Origin: Psammoneis japonica
Taxonomy: Eukaryota
NCBI GenBank assembly: GCA_008632985.1
Contig: QPGO01000014.1
Coordinates: 696,289-760,288, forward strand
Direction: 5' to 3'
DNA length: 64,000 nt
A program made the translations under genes and the position numbers. Shown piece by piece: positions 34,690 through 47,209 of this stretch. Numbering within the stretch: position 1 is the stretch's first letter; each line of letters starts with the position of its first letter. The notes beneath the pieces are model-generated. The model ran no database searches, was not told where the DNA came from, and saw only the letters and a list, made by a program, of their open reading frames with translations.

Positions 34690-37600
34690 AGGCTTTTGTG
34701 GTGCCAGTAGCCAGCATGTTCTCAGTGCGGAGCAATTTCAACTTTAAAGTGCTTTCGAACGAGGTGTCATTGTTTGATTGTCAAGTTTTCTTGTCGACGC
34801 ACTTCCAAGACCCCTCATTGTTTTCGTCACTGCCATTTGTCATTGTTTTCCCTCACACATCTCGTTCATCCTTTGCAAACTGAAACTTAGCACAGTGCCA
34901 GCAAGGAGCAGCGGCAGTTCAATTCGACTGTCATTGCAGACCTTTGAGGCAGGGGTGTGTTTTGAGATGGAGTTTGGAGTCTGGAGTTCAGCTGTTTTTG
35001 GACGAGCAGTTTGTCAGCTTGTCAAGAATGAGTCTGATTCTGCGGGATGAATGGCAGTCACTTCCTGACAACTCCTTCACTTCAAAAATGGAAAACAATC
35101 AACACCCAATGCACTTGGGCAGCCAAGGCAGCAAGTCTGCATTCTCCTTCCCAGAGAAACACAACTGGTGAGACTCGGCAATGAAAGATCTGGCCCCATA
35201 AAGAACAGAAGTGAAACAAGTGCAAATCAAGCTCAAAATGCCACTCTGGCTCAAAGCAGCATCAAACATTTTCCTGATGCAGAGCCTCATCTGCACTGCC
35301 TTGAAGGCATCCACTGAACAAGTTGAAAGCAGTGCATGCCAAGTGTGTGCTTGCACAAAGCCGCTTTTGATGCCTCTTCCCCATCAGTGAAAGTGCTGAC
35401 ATGAACCTGGCATTGAACCAAGAAATGCTGTTAAGGAAAGGAAGTGCAAATGGATTCACAACTTGCTCCAGAGTCACATGCTCCATTGCAATGAAGCAGC
35501 AGCGGCTCTGCAATGCACGCAATCATCAATCTGAGTGCCTTTTTTTTTTTAGACAAGTCAATTTCAAGTGCACGCATTCATGGCCTGTGTGCCTTTCAAG
35601 TGGTGGAACAACAAAATTCCCAATGTTGAGAGCAACTTTCAACATCAGAGCAGACACGGAGCATGGCTTGCATCATGCACTTCATTGCCCAAGGCTCCAG
35701 GGCTGGCTTGCATTTGTGCAACATTGATCAGGTCTGCCATCAAGAATCTGAGTCAACTCCACTGTCAGCAGCACCAGGGCCAAAGCCATTGCAGGCATGG
35801 AGATTTTTGCAACTATCATGGCAACAATTGACTGCAGGTGCCACATCATGCACCAACATCTCAATCTTTTGGATGCAAGACAAAAACCTGCCATGCTTTG
35901 ATTTTGCTGCAAATGTCCATCAATCTGCTGCAAAGCACAAAATGAAGTTTTCACAAGTTAAACCATGAGCTTGGTGTGGGAGCATGTCAGAAAGCAAACT
36001 CAACCAACCACAGCTGTGACATCCCAGTTTTGTCATGCCTTCAAAAACAATGGTTTTGCCAAAGCCATCTTTTGAAGTGGTGCCCATGCACTGGAGCCAC
36101 TTAGCTGAAACTTGAGTGGCTGGAATGCAGGTGAAGTTTAACCACCACATGACCTGAATCAATGCTGTTGCCTGAGATTCAAAGATGAACATCATTTTTT
36201 ACTTCAAGCCCATGCATGAATCACATTTGATGCTCTTTGCAAGTTTCCAAAATGACAAGTTAAGCTGGACAGGCTAGAGAAAATGGCCCATTTCACAATG
36301 GAATTTGTTGCCATGAACATTGAGTTGACCTTGACACAATCAACTGTGGGCCAATTGTGAAATGGCCAAGGTTCATCTCCATCAGCAATGTGCAGCCAGC
36401 AACCAACTCAGCAGCAACCACACTTTTCTTGCAGAAACTTAGCATCAACTCTTTTTTTCCACTTCAATCAGCAAATCTTGCTTTGCAGTTGCTTCTCAAG
36501 GATGTTCTTGTGGCAATTAAACAAGTCCAATCTGTCTCCCTCATGCAACAACATGATGCCTTCATCATGAAGAAGTTTGCAAAAACAAACAACCTCCTCA
36601 CATTTGCATTTCTTTGTTGATCTGAGCACAATTTCTTTGTCCTTGTTGCAAAGAAAATGCTGCTCATTTGAGCAGCCTGGTTCTTGCTTGGCATGACTCC
36701 ACAGCTGTTCACCACAATTTCGTCAGCTCCCAAAACACAAAACTTGCCATTCTGCCTTCTCCATCTGGACCTTGCTTGCAGGCAAAGGCTGAGTTGTTCT
36801 GCTTCTCAGTTGTCACAATCATGCCAGATTCAATTTGCCAAAAAGAGCACTGCGCAGAGAGCCATTTGCAACATTTGACAATCCTGTCAGAGATTCAATT
36901 CAAAAATGCAGAAAAAAGACAAGGTCATTGCAGAGGCACTCTGCAAAAATGCACCAGTTGGACTCCACAAGTTTCTCAACCAAAACACCCCCTCAACTGG
37001 AAGGGTGGCAAAGATGACAACAAAAACTGCAGGACATTTCACAGCACAAATGCAAGCAAATCTGAGATTGGTCAAAGGATGAGGCAGGCATCATGCTGGC
37101 CAATCACATGAAGATTGTGTGCAAGCAACACATGCACCAGCAAGTGCTCAAATTGGAGATGTTGCTGATGCTTTTTTCTCTTGCAGAATCAAACCACGCT
37201 GCAGACAGAAAGGGTCACTCCAAAAGCACCTCAGTGCACACAGTTTGCTTCAATGCCCATTCTTCCATCACACTTGTCAGCACATCCTTGTTGCTGCTGC
37301 TCACACCACAACTTTTTTCCCCAATGTGTCAGGAAAATGCAAACTTGGCAAGACCAATCTAAACACAACAGCATCTGAAACTAACAAAGATCTGTGGTGG
37401 CAGCTTTGAATTCAAAATTCTTTTTTCAAACCAAGAGCATAGCATTTTTTGATGTGTGGGCAGCAAATGTCAGACTGCAGGTGGCACAGGAGAGGTTGAG
37501 CACACAAAAACAACACAAAAACAAATGACTCTGGCAGACTGCACCATGAGAGCCTAAAGCAGATTTGGAGTTAACTTTTGTGCCAAAATTGAGCCTCTTT

Positions 37601-40600
37601 CTTGGAGCATGCCCGCATGACATTTTTGTGCACCACAGGCTTGATGGCTCTGGTTGTGCAGTGATTGTTGAGAGCAATGCCAAAAGATGGTTGGCATGGT
37701 GGTGTTGCAGAATTGTGCAAAAATTGTTGCCATGCATGGCTGCTGCTGCTGATTCAAACAGCGCAGCTGTCTCCCAGCTCCAGCTTCCAGATGGCGGCAG
37801 AGGTCTGGTGCTTGTGGAGCCAAAGCTTCAGACCCAAGGACCAGTGGCCTGGTGGACTGTGGCTCCTGGGGGTGGGCAAGAAGGTCCTTTAAGTTGTCTG
37901 CTTGTTGTTGTTGCAACAACAACAAAGAATGACCTTGTCTGCCAAGAGACACCAGTGACCAGCAGTCAGCAAATGCAAGCATTGAGTGTCTGTCTTTTTG
38001 TGGACATGCTCAAACCTGTCAACAGCCCTTTTGTCATCTTCCCCATGTTCTGCAGTGGTTGCTGCCACTTTGAACAGCATGGCCAACTCCAGCTCTAACT
38101 TCCAGCAGATGGTGGCAGAGGTCCATTCACAGAGCTCGAGCTCCAGACCCAATCACCAGGAGCCTGGTGGGCTGTGACTCCCAGGCAATTTTTTGTGTGG
38201 CACTGAAGGGGGGCATCAAGTTTGGGTGGAAGTGCAATGTGAGCAAGAATGGGGGTGGGCTAAGTGCAAGGGAATGTCTTGGTTCAGAATTGGGAGAGCA
38301 GTTGCCTTGGGAGATCATTTGGGAAGAAAATTGAGCATGACAGGTTTGGCTTTGACGTGTGGAGGTGTCAAAGCATTTCATTGGAGTGCGCGCTGCCAGC
38401 AAGAAGGAAGTGGGTGAAGATGTCTTCTGGCAGGAAACCACAAGCAGAACCAAGGATGGCAGTGGCCAAGTGCAGTGCTCAGGCAACATCAGAGGGTTTC
38501 ACTGGTTTCAAGGCATTGCTGGTCAAACAAGATGCTGGCGGCACAGTGGGAGGGGTGCCATGTTGGCAGAGACAAGTGGGTGCAGAACAGGGGTCTCCAC
38601 TTTGGACCAAGGCAAGGTTGTGGTGGCTTGCATGGCTGCATTGAACCTGAACATGTGCTGCCAACTGGTGCTGGAGCAGCAAGACAAGAGGAAAGCCAGC
38701 TTGCAAAAATGGAAGAAAATCATTGTCTTGCTCACCAGTTGTTCTTGCAGCCACTTTCATGCAAGGTGCAAAAAGACAGCTCATCTGCAATGGTGCAGGA
38801 TTGTTGCCTTGAGTCACCCAAGCTGGGAGATTAACATCTCTGCCGCGACCTCTTCCTTGACCAGCACTGCCACTGGGAATGCCTCCCATTGGTGCTTGAC
38901 TCCCAGACTGAGGATCAGTGCTGGCAGCATCAGCTCCATTGCCTGCCAGTGCACTTCTCAAGCTGTCCTGCCATTGTGTGCTGGCAGCACCTTCAATCAT
39001 CCAAGCTGGGAGATTGCAATTTCCACCGCATCCTCTTCCTTGACCAGTGCCACAGGCATTTGCACTTGGGACGACTGCTGGTGGAGCATGACTGCCAAGC
39101 AATGGATCTTTCCATTGCAGCTTGCTTTGATGTTGTTGGCACCAGGGGATGGCTGACCAACTGTGAAGGATCTTGGATCATTCATGGCTAGACTCCTCTG
39201 CTTGTGGCCTTGTTCATGGGCCGCAGCTCCACTGCAATGTGCCGCTCCAGAAGGCGGATTCCCAGATGCCACACTGCCACAATTCTCTTGATGAAGCAAT
39301 CCAGAGTCACGTCTGTCAAAGTCATGGCAAGCTCTTTTGCTGGGAGGTTCCTTGCAACCTGATCTGGAACTGCACAGGTGTCTGTCACTTTCTTGATTTC
39401 TGTGCCTGTCTCTGGGATTGCCTCTGTCAGATGGGGCACACCATGAGATGGTTCTGGATGCGCCCTTTTATAAAAAAAAAAAAAAAGATGCTTTTGTCTG
39501 TGGCAGGTGGCAACACAGTGCAACCAGCCAGTGCTTCGACAATGGACAATGTTGGCTGTGGGTCTGAGTTCCCTTTGTCAGATGGGCAAGATCCATTTGG
39601 TTGTCTACCAAGAGAGCCAATTGGTTGTTGCGCACGGGGCAGCAACTGGCACAAAATGCAACATGATGTGCTCATTGACAATGAAAAGCATTCACATGGT
39701 TTGTTGCTGCAGTGACAGACACACAACAATGTTTGATGTCTGCATGTGACTTTTTGTGTAAGATTTGCACTGGTCAATGCAATTGACAAACAAAATGATG
39801 AGGCAACAAATGGAATGTCTCTTCATGAGTGCGAATTCAAATGAAGGTCATGCCTGCACCCGCCATGCCATTTAGTCAAACATTTGAGCATGTGTGCAGT
39901 GGTGTTCAAAGATGGAGTTGACAAACGGAGTGTCGACGGTTGAATGTGCAACATCTGCAACAACGTTCAAACAATTGAAAAGTGAGGACTTTTGTGAGGC
40001 ATTTGCATGCAACACATGCAAAAATTGCCATTTGTTCTGGAAAGAACCGTTGTCATTAAATGAAGGTCTAGATGAAATCCAATGCAAAATGTCTGACCAG
40101 TGTGACAGGTGCGTTCATGCTGAACATAGCCTCACAGAGACTGATCAATGGAAGCAGCAGCTCCCTCAGCACTCGAGTCTCTCCCAACAACACCTTTCAT
40201 CACATCGGCAACTTTTGGCTTTGCTGGCTTCTTGCAATCCCACTCTGACCCTGTTGCCACACCTGGTGTTTGTGACCAACCTCTTTTTCTGGTTCAGGCA
40301 GAGGAAATGAACCGCACCAACTGTCACCAGAAGTGCCATCTTGCAATTGCTGGTTTGCAGCAGGATGTGAGGAAGTGGCGCTTGGTGTGCCGGCAGCAGA
40401 TTTCATCCCTTTCTTTGCAGCAGATGCTGCAGGGCCAGCTCTTCCCATTGTCCTGGCTTGCAACACTTCCAAACGCTTGTTCAACTGTTCCCATTTCTGT
40501 TTCTCCTCATTGTCTTTCTCGCTGGGGGCTCCTCCAGATGATTTGGAACACAAAGCCTTTGCAGGTGCCATCTTGGTTGCACTCAATGCAACTTTGACTT

Positions 40601-41900
40601 TCTCAGAAGTTGTTTTGTCCATGTCTGAGGGCAACACAATCAGTTTAAGATGGTTTTGCGCCTTTGCACACAATGCAATCATCTGATTGTTCTTAAAAGC
40701 TCTAGCTCTTTTCATGGTCTTTGGCACAGAGGAGTGGAACTCAGAAAGCACGAGCCTCAGAGCAAACGACAGGCAAAATGGGAAGCGAGTGACAAGAAAC
40801 AATGTAGAGAATGACTTCCAACTTACATCATTCATGATTTCTTTCCAGTCCAAGCCACATTTGTCTTTCAACACTGCAAGTTGTTTTGAAGTGTTGATCA
40901 CATGCTGCTCTTGCATGAAAAGGATGAGGTTGTTCACCAACAGATGGTCTGTTGCCCTGCAGCCTTGCCCCCTTGGTTTGACTTGCTTTGCTCCTCAGTG
41001 CATCAGAGAGCAAATTTGTGCCACTCAGCACCCACAACCTTAGCAGGAATGGGCTTGTCTTTATCATTGCTGGCAAAGATTTTCTTGACGATCTTGCCGT
41101 CATTTCCCTTGGCACAACATTGATGCAAACATGATGCAATCAACAGCATTTCATCCAAGAAGCCCTCTTGCATCAAATCAACAGCATTGACAATGCCTGC
41201 AATGGCAGCATTGTCAACAAAAGAAAAGCCTTTCACTTCCACATCTTTCCATGCTGCTGTGTTGCTCTCCGGGGTTGGTTCCAGTGCACCATCTCGTGTC
41301 ACAAAATGACATCAAGATGAGAACCATGTGATGACGGGAGGCAAACAACCAAGCACCACAAGAAAAAGTCTTGCCAATGCCTTCAACATGATTTCAATGG
41401 AGCAAAATGAAGACACAGCCTTGGCCGGTGGCTTGGCATCCTCCTCATCATCGGCAATGCTTTTGCCCCCACCTCTTGTCGAGAAATCCAGAAAGAGAAA
41501 AGCAACAACAAAACCCGGGGGCAAGTCCACAGAAAAATGAGTGGAAAAATGCACAAAACCTGCAGTGCAACCTCCTGCAGCAAATGTACAATGCCCTTCG
41601 AAAGATCTCCCGAGGGCGAAATTCGGGGGTCTCGCAATGGCAAACCAACCATTCACACCTGACTCTCCTTTGCGACTTTTTCCAAATCATCATCTTCGCC
41701 AGCCATGGCGGTTGAGACAAGAGCAGAAGCAGGACGTATCTCTCACTGCTGGTACCATGCCCCCGGCTGCTGTCGCTGTGTTGAACGATCTACAGCATGT
41801 TTCGCGTCGTACAGTGCGGCACTGTAAACGAATGAATGATGAACCTTGGATGAACACAAAAAAAAAAACGGTAAATGTTTTCATGACGTCATTGGACGAA
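34690..41900. mobile_element. Degenerate repeat block with possible host-gene fragments, TpA/CpG depleted
   Basis: Compositional signature; duplicated GRGRG..NLPAW motif at 38815-39055. Confidence 0.55.
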
Positions 41901-42067
41901 CTGACCAATCAAATGCCAGCGTTCGAGAGTTGAATGGCTACCGCCAAAATCTTGTTGCTGACAATCACTTCACACATCGCAAATTCGAAAGTCGCATATG
42001 CACCAGGTGTTGTTGTGATTGATTGATTTGTGGTCTCTATCGCGTGCACCGACAGCACATCTATGCC

Positions 42068-43473
42068 ATGAGAAGTGCATTTACTGTGTTAACATGTCTG
42101 TGGACGACAAGCTCTACTAGCGGCTTTGCGCCGTTGTATCACAAGCAATCGCCACCTACTTATGCTCCGCCATCAAAGAAGCAACACGTGATTCAAATGA
42201 CACGAGACGATGACAGCAGTCCCTCTTTTTCCAATCAAGTGCTCTCGTTCATAACAGCGGGATTTATTGCCTTCAGCAGCATCCTTCCAGCACATCAAGC
42301 TATTGCAGCAACTGCACCGCCAACCGATGCAACAGTAACTCTCGCACCTGAAGTGGCTCAAGCCCGAACGGTGGATGCGGAAAAGGAGGCAGTCGCGGTT
42401 GCCAAGCAACAAGTGTCGGCGGAAAAAAAGACTTTGGATGCAGCCAAGGCAGAGGATAGCAAGGCCCTTGCTGCGGTGGAGAGTGCGGGAAAAACCGTCA
42501 CGTCCAAGAAACAAAAACTGATTGAAATCAACGACAAGCTCGCCAAGGCGAAAACGAACAAGAATGAAAGGTCTATTGAACTGCTATCGGCACAGCTTGG
42601 TGGGTCTGCACACTCGGAATGTTATACAGTGGTCCACACAAATCTTACGTAACACTTACTCCTTATGCTATAATGATTTCTAATCTCGCAGCTCAAGCCA
42701 AGGTCGCACTCGAGGAATCGCGAGCATCCCTGAAACAAGCCAAGGAAGCACAATCTAGGACGCACTCTGCCGTCGGCAGCGCCGAATCGAGCTACAAGGC
42801 GGCAACAAAAAATGCAGAAAACGCCGCCAAGGCTGTCAAATCATCGGAAAAGAAACTCGCCGAACTCAAGAAAAAAGCAGCTGAAAACGCCAGAAGGGCC
42901 GCCAAGGCACAACAAGAGGCCGCGAAACGGGCTGCCAAGGCACAAAAGGAGGCGGCCAAAAAGGCTGCCAAGGCTCAGAAAAAGGCAGCGAAAGCGGCTG
43001 CCAAGGCCAAAAAGAAGGCCACGCAGCAAGCCAAGAAACAAAAGGCAAAGCTAGCAAAACAAGCAAAGGAGCAAAAGGAAAAGGAAGCGAAAAAGCTCAA
43101 AGCGGAAAAGGAACAGGCTGCGAAAAAGCTCAAGGCCGAAAAGGAACAAGCCGCCAAAAAAGCAAAGGCCGAGAAGGAACAAGTGGCTAAAAAGGCGAAA
43201 AAAGCTGCCGAACAAGCCAAACAACAGAAACAGCAACAACTCGTGATGCAACAGCAAGAAAAGAAAAAGCAAGACGAGATTGCCAAGGCAGCCAAGCTTG
43301 CACAAGAAAAAAAGGCACAGGCGATTCAAGCCGAACAAGCCAAAGTGAAGGAGCTGGAAAAGGCACGAGCGACCTATCTGAGCCAACAAAGCACCAATCT
43401 CAAGGAGGCACAACGGGCAAAGTCGCAACTAGAAGCCGAACTGGCCAAGCTTGAAAAACTCAAACAAGAATAA
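42068..43473 (+). CDS. Ala/Lys/Glu-rich coiled-coil protein with predicted plastid/thylakoid-lumen targeting; intron 42600-42691
   Basis: Signal peptide ending TSG-FAP, second hydrophobic segment ending AIA-A; a GT-AG intron joins the two ORFs in frame; KAEKEQAAKK repeats. Confidence 0.75.
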
Positions 43474-44288
43474 TGATAACGACAAAGAAACGCGCTCGCT
43501 TCTCTCTATAGTATGACGGCCATGCTAACGAAAAGCAATTGTGTCTGTTGATTTTAAAAGAAATCGTTTCAATTGTCGGTGCTATGCTATGCAGAGCTTG
43601 AACTCCATACCTGTACTACAATAGTGGTAAACGTGAGACTGACTCATGGTGGCACAAAAAGTACCATGCAAACAATTCACAAGGTTAGTAGATGCCGTTT
43701 TGGACTATTGTATCTGTGACTGTGACAAAGCGTATGAAGCGGTGACTTGGGACTACCGGTTGAAGTAAATCAGTCAAGAGACTGTCTCGTAGTGGTCTTG
43801 GGATGTCTGCCATAATCTTTCTCTGCTTCAATGGACAGTCGTAGTCTATATCATAGAGCTTTGCTGTCTTTGCCAATGCCGCTGCATTCGTCTCGTTCTC
43901 AAAATTTGAAAACTTGTACCCTACCGACAGCAGTGTGCTGACACCCACAACTTCTTTAAACTAGAAGGAACATTTGTTCTTAGAGTCGACCTTCCAGTTT
44001 GATAGGAACTCCAAGAAACCTGATGAAACCAAAGACGGGACGCTTTCATCAGTTACGAAGTCATCTTGCATGTGGTACGGGTTAAGCCTTTGGTTGGAGA
44101 CAAGGAGTATGGTGTGTCGACTGCGTTTCGAGACCGAGGGTTGTTTCTCTGCAGCAATTGACTCGTCTTGGAACACCCCTACCACAATACAGACGAGGGA
44201 CGAAAGGAATGGGAATGGCCGTCAGATGACGACAAGAAGTTTGCAGGCGGCGTGCTCAAAGTATCCAGTGGCAAAGCGATAGTTTAAG

Positions 44289-44940
44289 TTTCAGAGCTTG
44301 CTAAACCGAGAGCACGACAGGGCGTCGTAACGCGACTGAATAAAGTATATTGCCTATGGTTCATGTAGTGTTACGACTCCTCCAGGCACATTTCACACTT
44401 CTTGCTTTCTCAAGTATTCCTCTTTCCGTTCCACTGTTTCCAACCCATTCCTCTTTACCAAAGCTTCAATGCAGTTCTGAGCTTGCTAAACCGAGAGCAT
44501 GACAGGGCGTCGTAACGCGATGCTTATGAATAGAGTATGTTACCTATGGCTTCTGTAGTGTTACGACTGCTCCAGGCACATTTTAAACTCCTTGCTTTCG
44601 AAAGTGTTCCTCTTTCCATTCAACTATTTCCAGCCCGTTCCTCTTTACCAAAGCTTCAATGTAGTTCAGAGCTTTTGCTAAACCGAGAGGACGAGAGAGC
44701 GTCGAAACTAGATACTACTGACTAGAAAGTATGTTACCTATGGCATCCGTAGTGTTACGACTGCTCCAGGCACATTTTCTACTCCTTGTGCTTTCTTAAG
44801 TATTCCTCGTTCCGTGCCACTATTTCCAACTCGTTCCTCTTTGCCAAAGCTTCAATGTAGTTCAGAGCTTGCTAAACCGAGAGGACGAGAGGGCGTCGCA
44901 ACTAGATGCTACTGACTAGAAAGTATGTTACCTATGGCTT
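44289..44940. repeat. Tandem repeat, unit about 185-195 bp, about 3.4 copies
   Basis: TTCAGAGCTTGCTAAACCGAGAG...TGTTACCTATGG...GTAGTGTTACGACT...CCAAAGCTTCAATG recurs at ~44289, 44475, 44665 and 44861. Confidence 0.92.
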
Positions 44941-45289
44941 CCGCGAACGGTATATCGATGCTATGGGAGACACCGGCCAAACGATTTCCAACAATGCGAC
45001 CACATTTCACACGATGACGACTAATTCAAACACTGAGGAACACTACTATTGTTACGCTTAGACAGTGTCGGTCTGCTGGCTGATATAAGCTTTGGCACCG
45101 ACATGGCCTCCGCCTGTTTTCATCAGTTGAAGTTTGACAATCTCGGCATTCACTTCCACGGGTGACATGGTTCCGTTGCTTCCGATCTTTACCAATACTG
45201 TCGCCTCTAGTGGACTCAAAATCCCGGATCCGTCGGGTATTACACAAGATGGATCAGAGGAAACAGACCTTCATCAAAGAGGAGAAGAA

Positions 45290-46389
45290 ATGTCGCTGGC
45301 AGAGAAGGATAAGAAGGAACAGCTGGCAGATGATGATGACGGGTGGAGTGACTTTGATGAGTTCGAAGAGAAAGTTTCCGGGAAAGCGGAAGGAGAAGTC
45401 GAGGAGGTTTTGGCCTCAAAAGAGGATGAGGGAAACGTGGATTCACATGATTCAAGCGAAGAAGGAAATCGCGGTCACTCTCCCGCTGATGTGAATTCCA
45501 CAGTCGTAGAAGTGGACTCGACAGGACATGTTCCTTCATCTCAATGTATTCCGGAAATGGATATAGATCAGATTGAAGAAGACGCTGCGTGAAGAACTTT
45601 GCAACTCGACCCAACACCTGATTCATTCTGTTCGCCTCGATTTGAGTTTCTGAGTTCAGTTCCGACGGAGCTACAGAAGCTGCAGGAGCAATCAGCGAAG
45701 CGGTGCGAAGATTTTCACGCTCAAATCCATGACATGGAAAGTAAGCTGCCATCTGCCACTGTACGACTAGCTGAAGAGACAATGGATCGAGATGCGGCAG
45801 CGAAGGATTGGATGGACCGATCCGTCTATCATCCACTCGAACAAGGTGTCAGACCGTGTCTTTGCGACAATGGAAAAAGAGTTGTCTCCATCCTACGCGT
45901 CTGCCGGTGAGGCTTGCTTGGCAGATCTGGATCGTTGTATGATCAGGCTTTATACGAACCTGACTCGACATATCCACATGTTATTGTTTGGCCGAAAATC
46001 TGTGAGCTTGGATTCGTTCCATCCTGTGATTGAGCACGACTTGGCTCCCAGCTTGCGCATTGACTCCGCTAAGGCTACGAAGCAGGAGGGTGCTATTGTC
46101 AAGAAATTTGAATCTATTGTAGGGACCATGGCTCGAAAGTACCAAGAGACGCTTGCAGATCGAAAAGCTTCCTTGGAGTTGATGCAAGAGAAACTGTCAG
46201 CGGCCGTTGACTCCAACGCAGAAAAGAGAAAGGAGAACAGTTTTTCGCCGACGTACAGAAACTACGACGCGACTTACAGAAGGAGCAAGCAGAAAGAAAG
46301 AAGCAAGACCAAGAAATATGCGAAAAGATAGCACAGACAGCAGCAGCAATGAAACGCGCACTGCTCGAAGCAGTCGGAGATCCGAGTAG
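45290..46389 (+). pseudogene. Frameshifted coiled-coil gene, possibly SF-assemblin/beta-giardin-like, with an acidic N-terminus
   Basis: Protein-like coiled-coil segments in changing frames (LQKLQEQSAKRCEDFHAQIHDME; KQEGAIVKKFESIVG; LQKEQAERKKQDQEI); family call is tentative. Confidence 0.4.
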
Positions 46390-46434
46390 TTTAACAGCGT
46401 ATCTTTAGTAGTTGTATGCCTCGTAGAGTAGGTG

Positions 46435-47088
46435 CTAGTCACTCTCATCTTCACTGCTGCTGCTGTCACTCAGATTCATGGTTGTTGCAAGCACTGGCTG
46501 TGGCGGCCCCTTTCGAGATATGCTTGCCCGTCGGGCTCGTGTCATCTGTGAATCAGTGCGATCGAGTTCATGTTTGTGGTGGGCAAGATCGCGGCGTTTA
46601 GGATCCATAGTTTGCTCTTCTTCATCTTTTGCCTTTACAATCTTAGAATCCTTTTCAATTTGCGCTGCTTCTTTCTCAATTTGATCTTCTCTTTGTCGTT
46701 TTTTCGATGCTGTTTGTTCTTCCTTTTCTCGGAGGCTTTGTTTCGTCGCCCGCTCCAGCTGCAACGCACCCAACGCACCCCCGCGTAGTTGATGGGGAAG
46801 TGGGTTTGGCGTTGCGAATCCAACAACCGGTAAGTTGGGATTCCATCCTGCAGGTGCCGATGTACGTCCCGATAATGCTCTTGCCACCGCCAAAACTTGC
46901 GTGGCCTCGTTGGTGTTCGCAGGAATGGGCCGAAAACGCCCTCCACGTCGGGATAAGTTGTCTTTCTCGCTCTGGCTCAATAACGGTTCCGATTTCTCTA
47001 AGGCATTTGTCAAGGATCTCTCCAAATCAACCAACGCTTCAACTTTAATCAACATCGAGAGTGACTCTTGCTGTTGTTCCGTTGCCAT
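46435..47088 (-). CDS. MED4: Mediator subunit 4-like protein
   Basis: TSAPAGWNPNLPVVGFATPNPLPHQLRGGAL resembles the Med4 P.GW.P..P.P....R.G.L motif; acidic/Ser C-terminus. Confidence 0.6.
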   Translation of the reverse strand: MATEQQQESLSMLIKVEALVDLERSLTNALEKSEPLLSQSEKDNLSRRGGRFRPIPANTNEATQVLAVARALSGRTSAPAGWNPNLPVVGFATPNPLPHQLRGGALGALQLERATKQSLREKEEQTASKKRQREDQIEKEAAQIEKDSKIVKAKDEEEQTMDPKRRDLAHHKHELDRTDSQMTRARRASISRKGPPQPVLATTMNLSDSSSSEDESD

Positions 47089-47209
47089 CGTGACGTGATC
47101 TATCTTCGCGATGTTATTGCGGTGTGCCGCGTCTTTTTGTGAAAAAACCTGAAAACCACAGGTAGGCTTTGCGCTCTACCAGAACGGACAGAGGACAGAC
47201 ACAGTCGTA

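Noticed and set aside
8090..41900. Classical fungal RIP, or CpG decay alone
   Set aside because: RIP would raise TpA and deplete CpA/TpG, the opposite of what is seen; CpG decay cannot turn Tyr codons into Cys or His
42619..43473. TolA or histone H1 assignment
   Set aside because: The similarity is only low-complexity Ala/Lys composition; the ORF is exon 2 of a gene with a plastid-type leader
43685..44280. Minus-strand gene remnant
   Set aside because: In-frame stop and no recognisable domain; cannot support a call
44289..44940. CRISPR-like array
   Set aside because: Whole units are homologous with no unique spacers; eukaryotic context and no cas genes
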